64,000 bases of DNA. It comes from Macrostomum lignano (taxonomy: Eukaryota). The stretch covers positions 124,001-188,000 of the forward strand of contig NIVC01001178.1 of the NCBI GenBank assembly GCA_002269645.1. Reading direction: 5' to 3'. The notes beneath the pieces were generated by a model. That model saw only the letters and a program-made list of their open reading frames with translations, made no database searches and was not told the origin of the DNA. Position 1 is the stretch's first letter. Every line of letters starts with the position of its first letter. Shown one piece after another: positions 1 through 11,772 of the stretch. The position numbers and the translations under genes were made by a program.

Positions 1-450
1 ATTTAAAAAAATTACTTCTAAATGGTGCTCTCTATAGCTACTCGGTGCCTACTTTTATGATCCGTTTTTTGTATCATTTCATTCACTTGCTCCATAATTC
101 AGCAATTGTCAATGAATTTTAAGATAAAAAATAAATCCTAAGAACTCAGAGAATGACAAGAACTAAACTGAATTAAATAAATAAACAAAAATTAAAATTA
201 AATGTAACTCTACATAGCGCCATCTTTTGCTATGGACTTGGACTTGGAACTTGGAAGCATTGTCACTGTAGCTATGTACAATATAATTTTTAATAAAATT
301 GCGAGGTCGCATACTGGTCGCACAGAAGGTATATGGCGATGTAAACTCGTCGCCAAAAATTTGTATGTCGACGTCGCCCAGCGCGACAAACTTTATCAGT
401 TTGCGACGTATTTTGGTGACGTGTAGTCGACGTGGGGACGACGAAACAGG

Positions 451-706
451 TTACCTGGGTACCCTGGACGACATCAACGACTGGTGCGACACGTGGAACA
501 TGGATGCCCAAATACAGTTACACCACGTTCAGCCTCGCACCGTCAGAGACCAGAGCCAAGATGCCACTGCAGCTGAACATCCACAGCCAGACGCTCAGAT
601 AAGACCCCAAGCCCACATTCCTAGGCATCAAGCTAGACGGTCAACCTACTTTTAGCGGCCACGCTAAGGACTTATGCCGACGCATGACTTCCAGAACGAC
701 GATCGC
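451..706 (+). pseudogene. Non-LTR (jockey/I-like) reverse transcriptase C-terminal fragment
   Basis: LGTLDDINDWCDTWNM, then after a frameshift KPTFLGIKLDGQPT-FSGHAKDLCRRM. These match the 'L..I..W...W.M' and 'P.FLGI.LD..LTF..H' motifs that follow the YADD box in LINE RTs. Confidence 0.6.
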
Positions 707-1179
707 TGTAGGCCTTACAGGCGTTCTGCCTTCAACTATCCCCAAGAGTGTTTGCCTACTCCAAGGGCGCCTTGTCCACTAGAGACGTACTGGCGACCCT
801 AAGGGCGTTATTCTACTGAAGGCGTTCTGCCAGCCCCAATAGATGTTTTCCCTGTAGGTTATAGGGTTCCCATGGAAATCCGTACGCTAACCAGGCAACT
901 TTAGTCCGCTGTGAAAGCCCCTATAGACTGGAGAGATATTAAATTAAAAGCAGTGTCTTACAGCTCGGGAACTACACGCAACCAGGGTGACGTTGAACCG
1001 TCGAAGCTGCAATCGCCGGCCCTACAACAACCGCTTTAAAGTTTCGGCAAAATTTCTTTCGTTGAGTAGTTTTAGAAGCCGGAGGAGAAATCGAAAACAG
1101 GGATGACTCATCTGCGGTCTGATGTATCAACAGCTCGTAGGCAAGCTGTTGGTAAAGGACCGTCATAGTTTGACCTTCA

Positions 1180-1836
1180 TGGACCTACGACTTCGTTTTA
1201 AAAGTACGCCAAAAACTATTGCAAACAGGCTATTGTCGAGCCTATTTCGAAATTGGAGCGTATCGTCATGCTCCGATTGAATGACAATAGACATCCTGGA
1301 GCCCAGAGTTATCAGCCACCGCAGCATGTCCTGAACTCCTGTCCTGTCCATAATCACAAGAACCGTAGGCCACTGAAGTGTTTTAGGTGTGGGGAGACAG
1401 ACCATCTGATCGCAGAGTGTTCCTATCCCAGAGAGCCAGGTGCCAGTGTGGCCCCATCGAAGTTCAGGGCCCCGCAGCCGTTCGTCGACCTAAAGGACAG
1501 AGGGAAGTCGAGCCCGAGACCGCCGAGAGAGAGGGGGTAGTGACCCACTGGAAGGGATCCTACGGGTTCGTCCGATCCTCCCAAATCGGAGATTCAGTTT
1601 TCGTGCACCTGTCCCAGCTAGTGCAGCCCCTGATGGACCTGGCCTTAAACCACCAGCTAGTGGGCACCTATGTGACCTTCGGCCGTGTTGCTGACGCTGG
1701 AAAGACAAGAGACCGGGCCATCAGCGTGACCGCAGATTCGGTAGACCCCAAGTGTGCGGGGGCCTCTTCCGACCTGCCCCACTACAAGGCGAGATTCTAT
1801 GTTCAGATCGAAGTCGGAAAGAGGAAGACCGTGGCC
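1180..1836 (+). mobile_element. LTR-retrotransposon gag fragment: CCHC zinc knuckle, cold-shock domain, start of aspartic protease (frameshifted, truncated)
   Basis: CFRCGETDHLIAEC (C-x2-C-x4-H-x4-C) at 1379-1420. In the -1 frame from ~1531: GVVTHWKGSYGFVRSSQIGDSVFVHLSQL (CSD RNP1/RNP2 motifs). Then RFYVQIEVGKRKTVA, resembling the retropepsin strand before LDTG, cut off at ~1836. Confidence 0.6.
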
Positions 1837-1899
1837 TCTCGAACTCAAAAAGCTTGCGGATTTTACCGAAGCCTGAAAAGTCTACTATGAAGTTTAAAG

Positions 1900-2784
1900 A
1901 AGCCTTTCAGCTGCATCGATTCGTGAGCTCTCAACAGCGCTAATTGACGAGGAGAGTTTCGACTTCATCTGCACCCGCAGTCTGACTCAGGATCATGTGG
2001 AAGTTGTAGAATGATTTTATTGACAATAAATTGAAACAGCGCGTTATCAACTAAATAATAAACAAGTTGCAACTTTTCCAGAATCTCTTTAGTATCATAA
2101 AAGGCCGATAAGGTTTCAATGAGAAGCCTAAGCAGGCAGCATTTGTCGGAGCATTGAGATCAGTGATCAGTGGCAGCGAGCGGACTTGATTGCCCTGATT
2201 CTACAGCACGAAATTGTGAAGACAATTAGTGCACTGCGGCTGTGACAGCCAATCTTTTGTCTGCTGCTACAGACACCAGCTGCGCATCTTCAAGCGACTT
2301 TCCTACGACCAGCGTTGCTCAGCAGGCATCCCAGCCATCTCAACCAGATCCTATTCTTGCTGAAGCTACTGAGTACGTCGGTGGCTTTGTGCTCAAAGCG
2401 AGCCGTGTTTTGGAGTGCTGCGCATGCAAGCAGGTGCTAACTGCCGCATAGCCTAGTGGTTTAAACCTAAAGAACAAGCTATTTAGCCATGCCTGACGCA
2501 AACTTCAGCCGCTGCCCTTCAGGCGTTTTCAAGATTGGAGGCGTCCTTTTTACAAAAAAACTGAAACATGCGCTTTGCATCCAAAGGTGGCTGCACAAAT
2601 TGTTACAAACTCCTAGCTGATGAAATTTTCCGGCTTGCAGTGCACATTTTCTGATGTGCACAACAGTATTGTCTTAGCATTTTTTCGCTTGCGGTTTCAC
2701 CATTAGTGTCGGGAAAAGATGCGAAGCTTGAGAGCTGCTGCTTACAAGCGGTGTGCAGTTCGCAAAGTAAAGAAATTTAACTAA
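1900..2784 (+). pseudogene. P-element/THAP9-like transposase, C-terminal part, with an intron
   Basis: SIRELSTALIDEESFDFICTRSLTQDHVE, then GT-AG intron 2003-2081, then NLFSIIKGR*GFNEKPKQAAFVGALR (the 'LTQD.LENLFS.IR..GG.N..P' motif). Later EYVGGFVLKASRVLECCACKQVL and IVLAFFRLRFHH. Contains stops and frameshifts. Confidence 0.8.
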
Positions 2785-3075
2785 TTGATAATTATTTCTA
2801 AGCTGATTATCCTGCCCAGACTTTTATATTTTTATTGTTTTTTACTGTCTCAAGTCTTAAATTCGTTTCTTTTTAAACTGGTAAAACTGAGCAGACATTT
2901 TTATTTAATTAGCCTGCTTGTAGAAAAGCACAAACAAATCTTGCAGCTTTAAAACTTGTATTTCGTTCAAAACTAGATAAATTTGATTTTCACTTTTATA
3001 AAGGCAAAAACGCTAATTTTGCTACTAAAAAAGACTAAAGAAAGGCATTTTTTGCAGTTGAAATATATAGTTATT

Positions 3076-3934
3076 CAGAATATGCTGGGCACTTCCGGTA
3101 CTCAGTAACTTTTGAAAGTACCGCAATTTACTTTTTCCTAAAGCGTTACTTTTTCGAGGTTCTTTTTAAACTGGGTAACGGAGTAACGGTAACGGAGGCC
3201 TTTTTATGTAGTCCGGTCCTCCGGTCCTCCGTTACTAGCCATTAGAAATTCCTAGAAAAGAGGAATTTTTTAATATACTTCAATCTACTCAATAGAATGG
3301 ATAGATAAATATAAAATATTTAAAATATGACTCTAAACACTATAATATTTATTTAGTACAGTGTTATTTTTTTATTTTGCATGTTTTTGTTAATTTGCTT
3401 CTTTTTAAAACGAATTTTATTTTTTTGGAAATTCCTGTTTATACGGCGTTTTTTTGTTTTTGAATTTAATTGACTTACTTAAAGTTAAAATTGACTTAAT
3501 CAATTGTTTAATTCCAAATTCTTTCTTATTCTTATTCAGATTCTTACAACTTAAAAGGTAATTCGTTGATTCAAATTGCAAATTGTTAATTGAGTTGAGT
3601 AGATCTAGATCCTAGATCGAGAGTAACATTGACAACTGTGGAGATCAATGACAATAGCAGTAGTGAATCTAGCGGGCTGCAGGCAGGCATAAAAGGCTTT
3701 ATTTTCATTTATTTGCATTTTCTGCACCATGTAGAGCACGTTTTTATCTTTTAGGCACCAGAGAATCTGAAAAAATGACATTAGTGACGAAGTAACGGAC
3801 TAAGTAACGGAAGTTACAAAAAAATCGAAAAGTAATGTTTACAAGTAACGAATGAAAAATCTGTTTTGGAGACTTTGGTAACGGAAGTTACCAGTAACGT
3901 AATTTACTTTTTTAAAGTAACTTGCCCAGCACTG
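3076..3934. mobile_element. Non-autonomous hAT-like element (MITE)
   Basis: Left TGCTGGGCAC... and right ...GTAACTTGCCCAGCACTG are inverted. GTAACGG subterminal motifs at both ends. GTTATT flanks both sides (possible degenerate TSD). Confidence 0.5.
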
Positions 3935-4627
3935 GTTATTCTAGTATCTGTGACTAAAACTTAAAGGCTTTAGTCACAGAATTTTTCACTAATTTTATTA
4001 GATGCACATGTTAAGAAGGAAGACGGATTTTTACCCATTCTTCCAATTCTTCCAATTCTTTCATCTCGAAGTCATAGCCGAATAGAAGGGACGCTGCTGG
4101 GACTAAGATCGCATTGGCCATGCAGGGACAGAGAGGACTTCTGCAGGGGGTTCTTGCGCTGGCGAGCCTTCATACACCACTAAAAGTACTATTTCATTAC
4201 CGAATTTCCAGAAGTACATGTATAAGTACACGTAACTGCACGCTTTTGGCACTAAATGTGTTAACACGTCGACAAGTAGCGATGATGTAGATACATTGTC
4301 ACTTTCGGAGATCTTTAGACTAATGTTTAACTTACTTTAGCCGCTTAACTGCCTGTGACCGCGCCAAAGCGCCAGTCTGGCTCTTAATTTGCATGCTTAA
4401 CATAAGTAGTGGATAGAAATATAGGATATGGCCATACATCCCTCCTTTGTCGGGCACATTCACTCTGCCGCTCTCTTGCTTGCTTCGTTCCTCGTTCGGG
4501 ACATCGTTCATTTGATGTCCATATCCTATATTTTCATCCACTACTTAGAAGTGTTTTTACTAGTGTGTAAAAAAGAAGCTTTATACCCCCCATACTAGGG
4601 AAGAGTTATTTATGTTTTGTAAAAACG

Positions 4628-4817
4628 TTGAGGGTACTGAGGGTGAGGGCAGTCCCCAAAACAAAAAGGGGGTACCTTAATATTTTCACTTTTTTTATAT
4701 TCTATAAATAGGCCTTAGACCCCCCCCACTTCTAGGGGGATTTTAACTTTCATAAAAAACCTAAATTTTCTATACCCACTTTTAAAGATGGAAGGTGCCT
4801 TCACCCTCATGCCCTCA
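4628..4817. repeat. Left TGAGGG/CCCTCA module (candidate terminal inverted repeat)
   Basis: TTGAGGGTACTGAGGGTGAGGGC...GCCTTCACCCTCATGCCCTCA; internally inverted and an inverted match to 18695-18818. Confidence 0.55.
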
Positions 4818-4859
4818 GTTAGTTCTTAAAAATTAATAAAAAAATGTTTTAAGACCTAT

Positions 4860-5120
4860 AATTTTTCAGGATTTTGTAAAACTTAATTTTAAGTTTCCGA
4901 AGTAGAGTAACACTTTTTTAAGGATTTTGTATAACTTAATTTTAAGTGTCCGAAGAAGAGTAACACTTTTTCAGGATTTTGTAACTTTCAAGGCGTGTAT
5001 TTCGTAATTTTCAGGGAGTGTAAAAAAAGTGTAAAACATTTTTCAGTATCTTTGTAATTTTCGGGGAGTGTAAAAAGTATAAAACATTTTTTAAAATTTT
5101 GTAATTTCCGAAGAGTATCT
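4860..5120. repeat. Degenerate ~60-bp AT-rich tandem repeat
   Basis: GGATTTTGTA.AACTTAATTTTAAGT.TCCGAAG.AGAGTAACACTTTTT occurs twice in full, followed by decayed copies. Confidence 0.6.
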
Positions 5121-6954
5121 TAACGACGAGGACTATGAATAGATAAGTAGTGACTCTTCTGAGAATAATAGCGAATTTGAGAGTGATGCCAACTCTTTTG
5201 GGGTGATTCACACTCTGATTAAGCTAGCACGCAGACTATGGTTAGCTACGCGGAGGCCAACTCCATTGAGAGTTGCTCTGAGTCAAAGAGGAAAAATGAA
5301 AAAGGGGAACTACGACATAATTGGCACTCTGCCAAAAACTGCACACGATGTGTCGTTCTTTCATTGCTTGGGGTAATTCAATATATATAGAAAATCCCAA
5401 TACCAAAAATGGTTTGTCAGTAGGTATCCCTATAATACACTCCGAGAGAGAAAAATCTGCCTTGCCAGCCTCCCTTCCAACAGAGTTACTTTTACATCTT
5501 TTAGTATGAGTGATATTGAAGCTGTTATAGAGAACTTAAGTTTTAAAAATATAAGTGAAGTTGGATTAGTAGAAGCTCTAACTGTAGTAGGGGATTATTT
5601 TAGGAACGGGAATTATTGCGGGTTCAAATATGCTTTTTGCCTACTATCAGTAGTTTCAACCCGGGGAAATAATTAGAGCAGGGGTAATTCGCTATTTTTG
5701 GGGTTTCTCTAGAACTACAGAGCAGTTGGGCTCTTGGAGAAGCATCTGGCTTGGCTTTCTCTCGCATAGAGGCGCCTAACCGCAGTACTCCTGTGAAACT
5801 TGTCTCTGCCTGGCTGAAAGCTTGTAATGAGTAAGTAGGCTGGGTTGGAGGGTAATAGTGGATCAGGAAGGGCTCTGGGTAGCTGTATAGGAAGACAGGA
5901 CTATACCTGTTCCAGTTGGTGCTTTTACGGTCTCCCTCAAGTGCCCTCTGAGCGAACAGCCAGCGACCCTATTAAAGCTGGTGTGCCAGAACCAGGACTG
6001 AGTCTGAGCAGGACGAGACCGTTGGCACGGTCACTATAGAAATGGCGGGTTGGCGAAGCAAAGGGTGAAATAGTCCCGGCGATTAGCCCTCCTGCCGCTT
6101 TAAAGATAAGCGACTGTCTGGCAAGAGTACCCGGGGTTTAGTTGGGGGGGAGGCTCCTTTGGGCTGCCACGACCGTAGGGGCGGTCATATGACCGGTTGT
6201 TTTGGCTTTTCTAACCCAGGAGAAGGCACGGGCTTCCCCGAATGGTTCACTCTTACCCCCTCTGGCCCCGGGGAGGTTTATGTACATTTGGCTTGAGTAC
6301 CCGGGGGTGGTGGGCGGTCGGCCCCAGCATGGTAGCCACGGCTCTCGGCCTTCGGGCCATCCCTAATAGGCTAGGGTCTATCCAACTTGGTTTTTTGGGC
6401 ACGGGCTTCCTGACTGGTATGTCGTTCCGCTGTCACTGTCCCCCCCCCGGGGAGGTTTTTGATCTGATTTTTGCTCTTTGTACAGTCCTCTTAGCTCCAA
6501 TTAGGATCTCAGTGTACATAAGTACACTCCCAACCTGGAATCAATTTCTATCTAGTGGCGTAAGAGCCTAATCAGTGGCTGAGGTGCCGAATACTTATTA
6601 CTGTACTGTACTTGGAGAAGCATCTGGCTTACGCGTCTTGCGAACAAGGAATTCGGTAAGAAAAGGAAATAAAAAAGGGAATTATAGGATAGGATTGCAC
6701 AGAGGAGTCTTGCCTCTAAATCTATAACTGGGAGTCTTGCCCAACGCACAACGGGGAAACTTAAGATAGGAACTAATGTAAAGACCAACTTTTGTACAAT
6801 CAAATAACCATTTCCGTTCTTTATTATTAAACTTTTGTGTTAAATAAATCTAAATTGGTGTCCTGATTCAGTTCTTTAAACCTAAATCTAGAATTAGGGA
6901 ACAGCAGGAACCTAGTGGCAGCGAACTACCAAAAGTCTCAACCAGTAGGTAGTA

Positions 6955-7733
6955 AATCCACTAGTAAAATCCTTAGCAATAAGAAAACCAGTAGCCTAAA
7001 CCGCAGGTAGCACGACTTGTCCGTAACCAAGTGGAATCCAGAGGTAGTAAAGCGGCTCAATAGTCAACTCTCCTCCTTAGGAGAGCAAGCCTGCTCTAAG
7101 AAAAAGAAAGTCTCCAAAAAGTAAAAGCACTGAAAAGGAGGAGGCCTCTTTTTGCGAAGCCTTCAGGAGAGAATTGCAGGCGTTGCGCAGTCGGGGTTAC
7201 AAATTGATAGTAAAGCGTTTAGCAGCCTTATTCAAGAATTGGCTGTTGATTTAGCTTCTCAGAGTAAGAACGATATTGAGGAACACTAAAAACATTTCTA
7301 AAGCCCTTACTCATATCGGCTCATTGAAGACTTTGGGAGCATTTGAGCTAGCTAGAACGATTGCTTTTGCAGTAACGATGCATACAGAAGCAGAAGCAAG
7401 AGTTGCAAAGGACTTTCGTATCACAAAGCGTAAGGTTTCAGACAACTGCCGTTTTTACGATTTCTGCATGAAGTTTTCAGCGCTTATTTTTTTGGGTTTA
7501 GTTTGTCAACTATTATTAAGTATAGAGGACCCATTCTGGGAGCTAGTAAAGAGGACGAAGAATTGAAGGAGTTGCTGCAGATCAATCAGGAGACTGTTGA
7601 ATATCTTAGGGGCGAAAAGATCATCGAAAAAAATGTCTCCGCTTGGAGTAATGATGTTAGAGCGAGCTACGATAACCACGAAGAGGAAGGTTCGGTGTTT
7701 TCGATATCTACCGCGGTGCTCCAGGTAGGATGA
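6955..7733 (+). pseudogene. Element-borne unknown gene family, paralog A (intronless, frameshifted)
   Basis: Joined frames give SKILSNKK...EEASFCEAFRRELQALRSRGYKLIVK/AFSS...LGAFELARTI...VAKDFRITKRKVSDNCRFYDFCMKFSALIFLG/FSLSTIIKYRGPILGASKEDEEL. This aligns by eye with paralog C (VAKRLSI...FYGLITKYLAL...G...TLLSY...I). Confidence 0.55.
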
Positions 7734-7899
7734 GAGCTCAACTTTAAGGAAATACTCAATTATTTTGTTTTATCTAATTTTTCTTTAATCTTTTGCCACG
7801 TTTTAGGGTGCAGAAGGCGGTCAAAGCGAGAACATGGACGAAGTTGCTAGTGAAGAAGATCAGCAAGAGGATGATGACCTCTAAAATGTTGATTGATTT

Positions 7900-8290
7900 T
7901 AATAGACGCAAGTCTTTTTTATCATTATAGCTCTGAACAAGCAGAAAAACAGTTTTTTGACAGTTGAAAATATCTGACAAGCTGTCCAGACCCAAAGACA
8001 ACAAAATAGCAGACCTTGTCAAAGTTTAGCTTTTCAGCTTAGCATTTCATTCACAAAGATGGATTTTTATACTATGCTTTTTACTGACAGTAGCAAGACA
8101 TGAGTATGGTTGATATTTTTTGCTGAAGGGAATGAGAGTTGACGAAGTCTTCACCAAAATTTTAGTAGTTCAGAGCTATAATGCATATAGGCTAACAACC
8201 GATATTTTTTCTTCATTTTTTACTGACAGTAGCAAGACATGAGTATGGTTGATGTTTTTTGCTAAAAGGAATGAGACTCATTCGAAATCT
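7900..8290. pseudogene. Possible scrambled packaging ATPase (FtsK/A32-like) remnant
   Basis: Pieces LLTVARHEYG, ILVVQSYN, RLIRN (+) and FLLVQSYN (-) recall the 'ft.gRH...l.QsY...liR.N' segment. The region is locally duplicated and inverted, and no Walker A is seen. Confidence 0.3.
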
Positions 8291-8720
8291 AGTAAAACGT
8301 ATTATCAAGGCAAAAGTTCGTTTTAGATTAGGCATTTATAATCACAACGCCAACAATTGCATAGATTGTCTAACCATATACGGCAATGGTCTAAGCTATG
8401 ACGATGCTGTGAAATTACATAGGGAATACAGAAAACCAAAACTGTTTAGAAAGAGGATTCACTATGCAAAAGACACCATTTGGCATGCAGATATTATTGT
8501 CCTACCACCTGAAAGAGGTTACAAATATGCTCTCACTGTTATAGACGGTTTCACACGTTACGCTTGGGCAGTTCCTTTGAAAAAAGACCGGAGCAGAAGT
8601 TGCAGAAGCATTCCAGAAAATCTTTAAAGATTCAGGAAGACGATCAGAAAGACTTTGTGTTGATGAATGCAAGGAGTATTATAATCAGCATATGCACAAG
8701 CTATACTCGTTTTCGAGAGA
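8259..8720 (+). pseudogene. Polinton-type retroviral-like (DDE) integrase
   Basis: KLFRKRIHYAKDTIWHADIIVLPPERGYKYALTVIDGFTRYAWAVPLK; after a frameshift at ~8585, KTGAEVAEAFQKIFKDSGRRSERLCVDECKEYYN. Truncated at the C-terminus. Confidence 0.85.
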
Positions 8721-8792
8721 CAACGTTAGAAAGAAGGATGAAAAGGGTGAATATATAAACAAGATGTTCTCAATTTATGGCGAGTCCAAGAT

Positions 8793-9403
8793 TTATTTCA
8801 GGACTTCTGGGACCTTTAGTATTTCTATACCTCTGGCAAGAGCTAAAGTCACTAGATCTCTGTAATTCTTTAGTTTCCTCACGGAGATTTTCTCTTGGTT
8901 CTTGGTCATAAAAGTTAGTAAGGCGTCTGTGAAAGGAATTTCCATAGTTTCTGAGCCTTTGAAAACAGAAATATTTTCCTTATTAATGTCGATATAATAT
9001 TCCACTGGTTCATTATAAATGTTTTTTCTCACGTACTTATTCCAAATACATATTTCCCATCATGTTCTACACGCTCTACTGGTCAAAAATTGTTGTCTGT
9101 CACTTTTAGTTGTGATTGTTCTGGTTGCGGCTGTATTTGTGGTTGCGGGCCGCGGCTGTATCTGTGGTGCTTCTGCAATTTTTACCAAAGCCTTTTGCAC
9201 CTAGGTTTCCTGTTTGTCGTCGATAGTTTCTTTACTTGATCAATATTTTTCTTAGCTTCACCATACCCGGGTTCATGAAACTGTGGCTGCTTGGATAAAC
9301 GCATTGTAGGATCGTTGCTCCTTATTGATAAGCCCAGTACTCTCTTTTCTGCTTGTGCTAGCTCCTCCGATTCAGATATCTGCTGCGCATTTTTTCGCTT
9401 CAT
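8793..9403 (-). pseudogene. Adintovirus GasderminX-like accessory ORF (frameshifted)
   Basis: ORFs 9182-9403 and 8793-9032 are linked by a Q/P-rich stretch and DGKYVFGI. YYIDINKENISVFKG...FTDALLTFMTKNQEKISVRKLKNYRDLV resembles the 'D..FGI...Y.IG...T.GL.ELL..K.P...DL..Y..I' pattern of Polinton proteins. Confidence 0.45.
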
Positions 9404-9434
9404 TTCTTACTTTATGTTTTCTTTTTGTTAAAAA

Positions 9435-10493
9435 ATGAACAACTCACTGACACCAGTTTTCTACAAAATTACCAAGCCTATTTTGAGCGATGACAGCACC
9501 ATCAAAGCGACGCAGGTAAGAGTTCCCAGTCAGGAAAATCAGAATGAAACTAATCTTGGTCCTGGTCAAACACTGACATTCACTTACAATGGATGTTCGT
9601 CTCTGGTTAGTGTGCACAGTCTTAAGAGCGTCTTCCATATGACATTCCAATTTAAGACAAAAGTTGGTGCGTATGCGGCTCGTGCTAACGTTGACAAGCA
9701 TGATGCGGATGTGGCTCTGATCAGTAACTTTTGGGCTTATATGTTCAAGGAGTTTAGTGTATCGAATGGGAGCACAGAGTTGGAGCGAATCGCAAATCAG
9801 TCGAATACATTTAATCGACTGACTAGTAACTTTAGCTACACCTTTAAGATGACTAGAGATGATCGCAGTAGAGTGTTGTGCACTGGGGCGAACCACACTA
9901 GGATGAATGTGAAGCTAATCGGAATCGAGCTGTATTTGGAAGTTATTGAGCTAAAGACCGCACGAAAATCGGATTATCTCAAGGCAATAGAGAAGGACAT
10001 TGATGTTGCATACACGGCCTACATGTGTCGAGATGAGCGAAACGAAACTAGAACAAATATCTGCATTAAAGAGGGATCATGCAGCAATCAAAGGTATATT
10101 ATTATTAACATGAGAAACCCAAATAGCATTATACGCTACATGCATGGAGACGTGCGGTCCATTCAGCATGAAATCAGTGATAATCTTTACCCTGCACTGA
10201 CACAAAATGGAGATTTCAGTCAGAACAAGATTAGCAAATTTTACAGCGAGTTGGTCGACTTGGCTGTGAAAGAGAACAATGGAATTGCTATCACTGCTCT
10301 TCAATATGGAACTCTATATCCGATGTTTGGAGCTGATGTGTCTGCCAGACAAATGCCTACTGATAACAGCCCTGTGAATATCGTGACTAACATTGAGAGG
10401 ACTGTCGCAACACCCGTGGACCTGTACATTATCTATGCATTTGAGAGGAAGGTGAAGCTTAACATGAACAACGATTCATCCAGTACAGTTTAA
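9435..10493 (+). CDS. Polinton/adintovirus major capsid protein (hexon-like double jelly-roll), 352 aa
   Basis: Uninterrupted ORF directly upstream of penton. Beta-rich composition, C-terminal YGTLYPMFGADVSARQ ('F..LYP.F.FDVS.Q' motif) and terminal LYIIYAFERKVKL strand. Confidence 0.7.
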   Translation: MNNSLTPVFYKITKPILSDDSTIKATQVRVPSQENQNETNLGPGQTLTFTYNGCSSLVSVHSLKSVFHMTFQFKTKVGAYAARANVDKHDADVALISNFWAYMFKEFSVSNGSTELERIANQSNTFNRLTSNFSYTFKMTRDDRSRVLCTGANHTRMNVKLIGIELYLEVIELKTARKSDYLKAIEKDIDVAYTAYMCRDERNETRTNICIKEGSCSNQRYIIINMRNPNSIIRYMHGDVRSIQHEISDNLYPALTQNGDFSQNKISKFYSELVDLAVKENNGIAITALQYGTLYPMFGADVSARQMPTDNSPVNIVTNIERTVATPVDLYIIYAFERKVKLNMNNDSSSTV

Positions 10494-10512
10494 ATAATTT
10501 TTTGGGTGAAAA

Positions 10513-11355
10513 ATGGAAGTGATTGCTGAAAGATTAAATAATATTATTTCTCACTCTAAGGAGAGAATTCCTATTACAATAACTGGGCGAATTAATGACT
10601 CAAACGGGATACTTGTTGAAAAATTAGAGCAGGCGATTCACCTGGATCCTGGTGCTAATTACCATGTCTATCTTAACGACTTCACTGGTTGGTTAAACGT
10701 TCCCAATGTGACGGAGGCAAATAATAAGTTTTATTACAAATAAAAAAGGTGCGGCAGCAGAAGCTGTGGTATTCCCTAAGAGCATGCAAAGTGAAACGTC
10801 TTTACTAAAAGAGGCCATATTGAGACACCTGATCTGATTAAGCCAGAACTGTTCCTTGTCAAACTAGCCTATGATCTCACTGTAATGAGTGTTCATGCAA
10901 GTTCACAAAGATGCGGAGGTTAAGTTTAAAGATGACACTGGGTATAGGGAATTGGGATTCGAGAAGACAGTTTATAAGGCAGAATCCACGGCGCGGACCG
11001 GCACTCAAGCGCCGAAATCATCGTGGGTCGTTAGCATGTCCCGGGAAAGCGTAAGCGGTTTGTTCTTAGCACCCAATATTGCAAACATTGTAAAGGGTTT
11101 GAATATTCTAATCAGAAGTAATCTCAGGCTTGATTGGGTGCTAAGAGAAAGCGAACGAATATTTTGTACAACATCTCCAACTCTGTTGCTGGAGGACAGA
11201 TGTTGGTAGAGAAACAAAATCCAGTGAAAAATAGTTGTATTGAGTAATAAGGAGATTCACGAGATGGTGCTACAGTTTCAGACTGTAGCTCGATGGGTGT
11301 TGATTTTAACGGCGAAGAGTTTGTATTGACGTTAATCATTGAGAATGTCAGAAAA
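10513..11355 (+). pseudogene. Penton (minor capsid protein), frameshifted
   Basis: AIHLDPGANYHVYLNDFTGWLNVPNVTEANNKFYY; VKFKDDTGYRELGFEKTVY; NIANIVKGLNILIRSNL; ILYNISNSVAGGQMLVEKQNPV; GVDFNGEEFVLTLII. Confidence 0.7.
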
Positions 11356-11772
11356 AAATACAATTGCTTATTTTTTTCTGTAAAGTTATAGTAGCTGTCG
11401 TAAGCTTTTACGTAGGTTACTCCATACTTAAGAAACCAGTGTCTTTGGAGAGCTAGATTAATATTAGGGACATTTATTGTGTGGTCGGCCCAATATTTTC
11501 TCATGTACTCGCTGCATTCTAGTTTGCATTGATACTTACTCTTGTAATTAGGCTCGTGCGCTTTGTATTAGAAACCTGGAAAGACAACTGGAAACATTTT
11601 TAGAGAAAATTTAACTTTTTCGGAGGATTAGCACCCTGCGCTGATGATTTAAAGTCTTAGGGATGTGCTTTCGCGTTGTGAATTAAATGTGGGGAGAATA
11701 ATGCAGATTATTTCTGATTGTTTCGAAGATGCTATGGGTGGATGTCAGTGGATTATGTAGGACACCTGTTAT

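Noticed and set aside
9444-9896. 150-aa antisense ORF over the capsid gene (and similar antisense ORFs over BEL, the LINE and GATD3)
   Set aside because: Shadow ORFs of sense-strand coding sequence.
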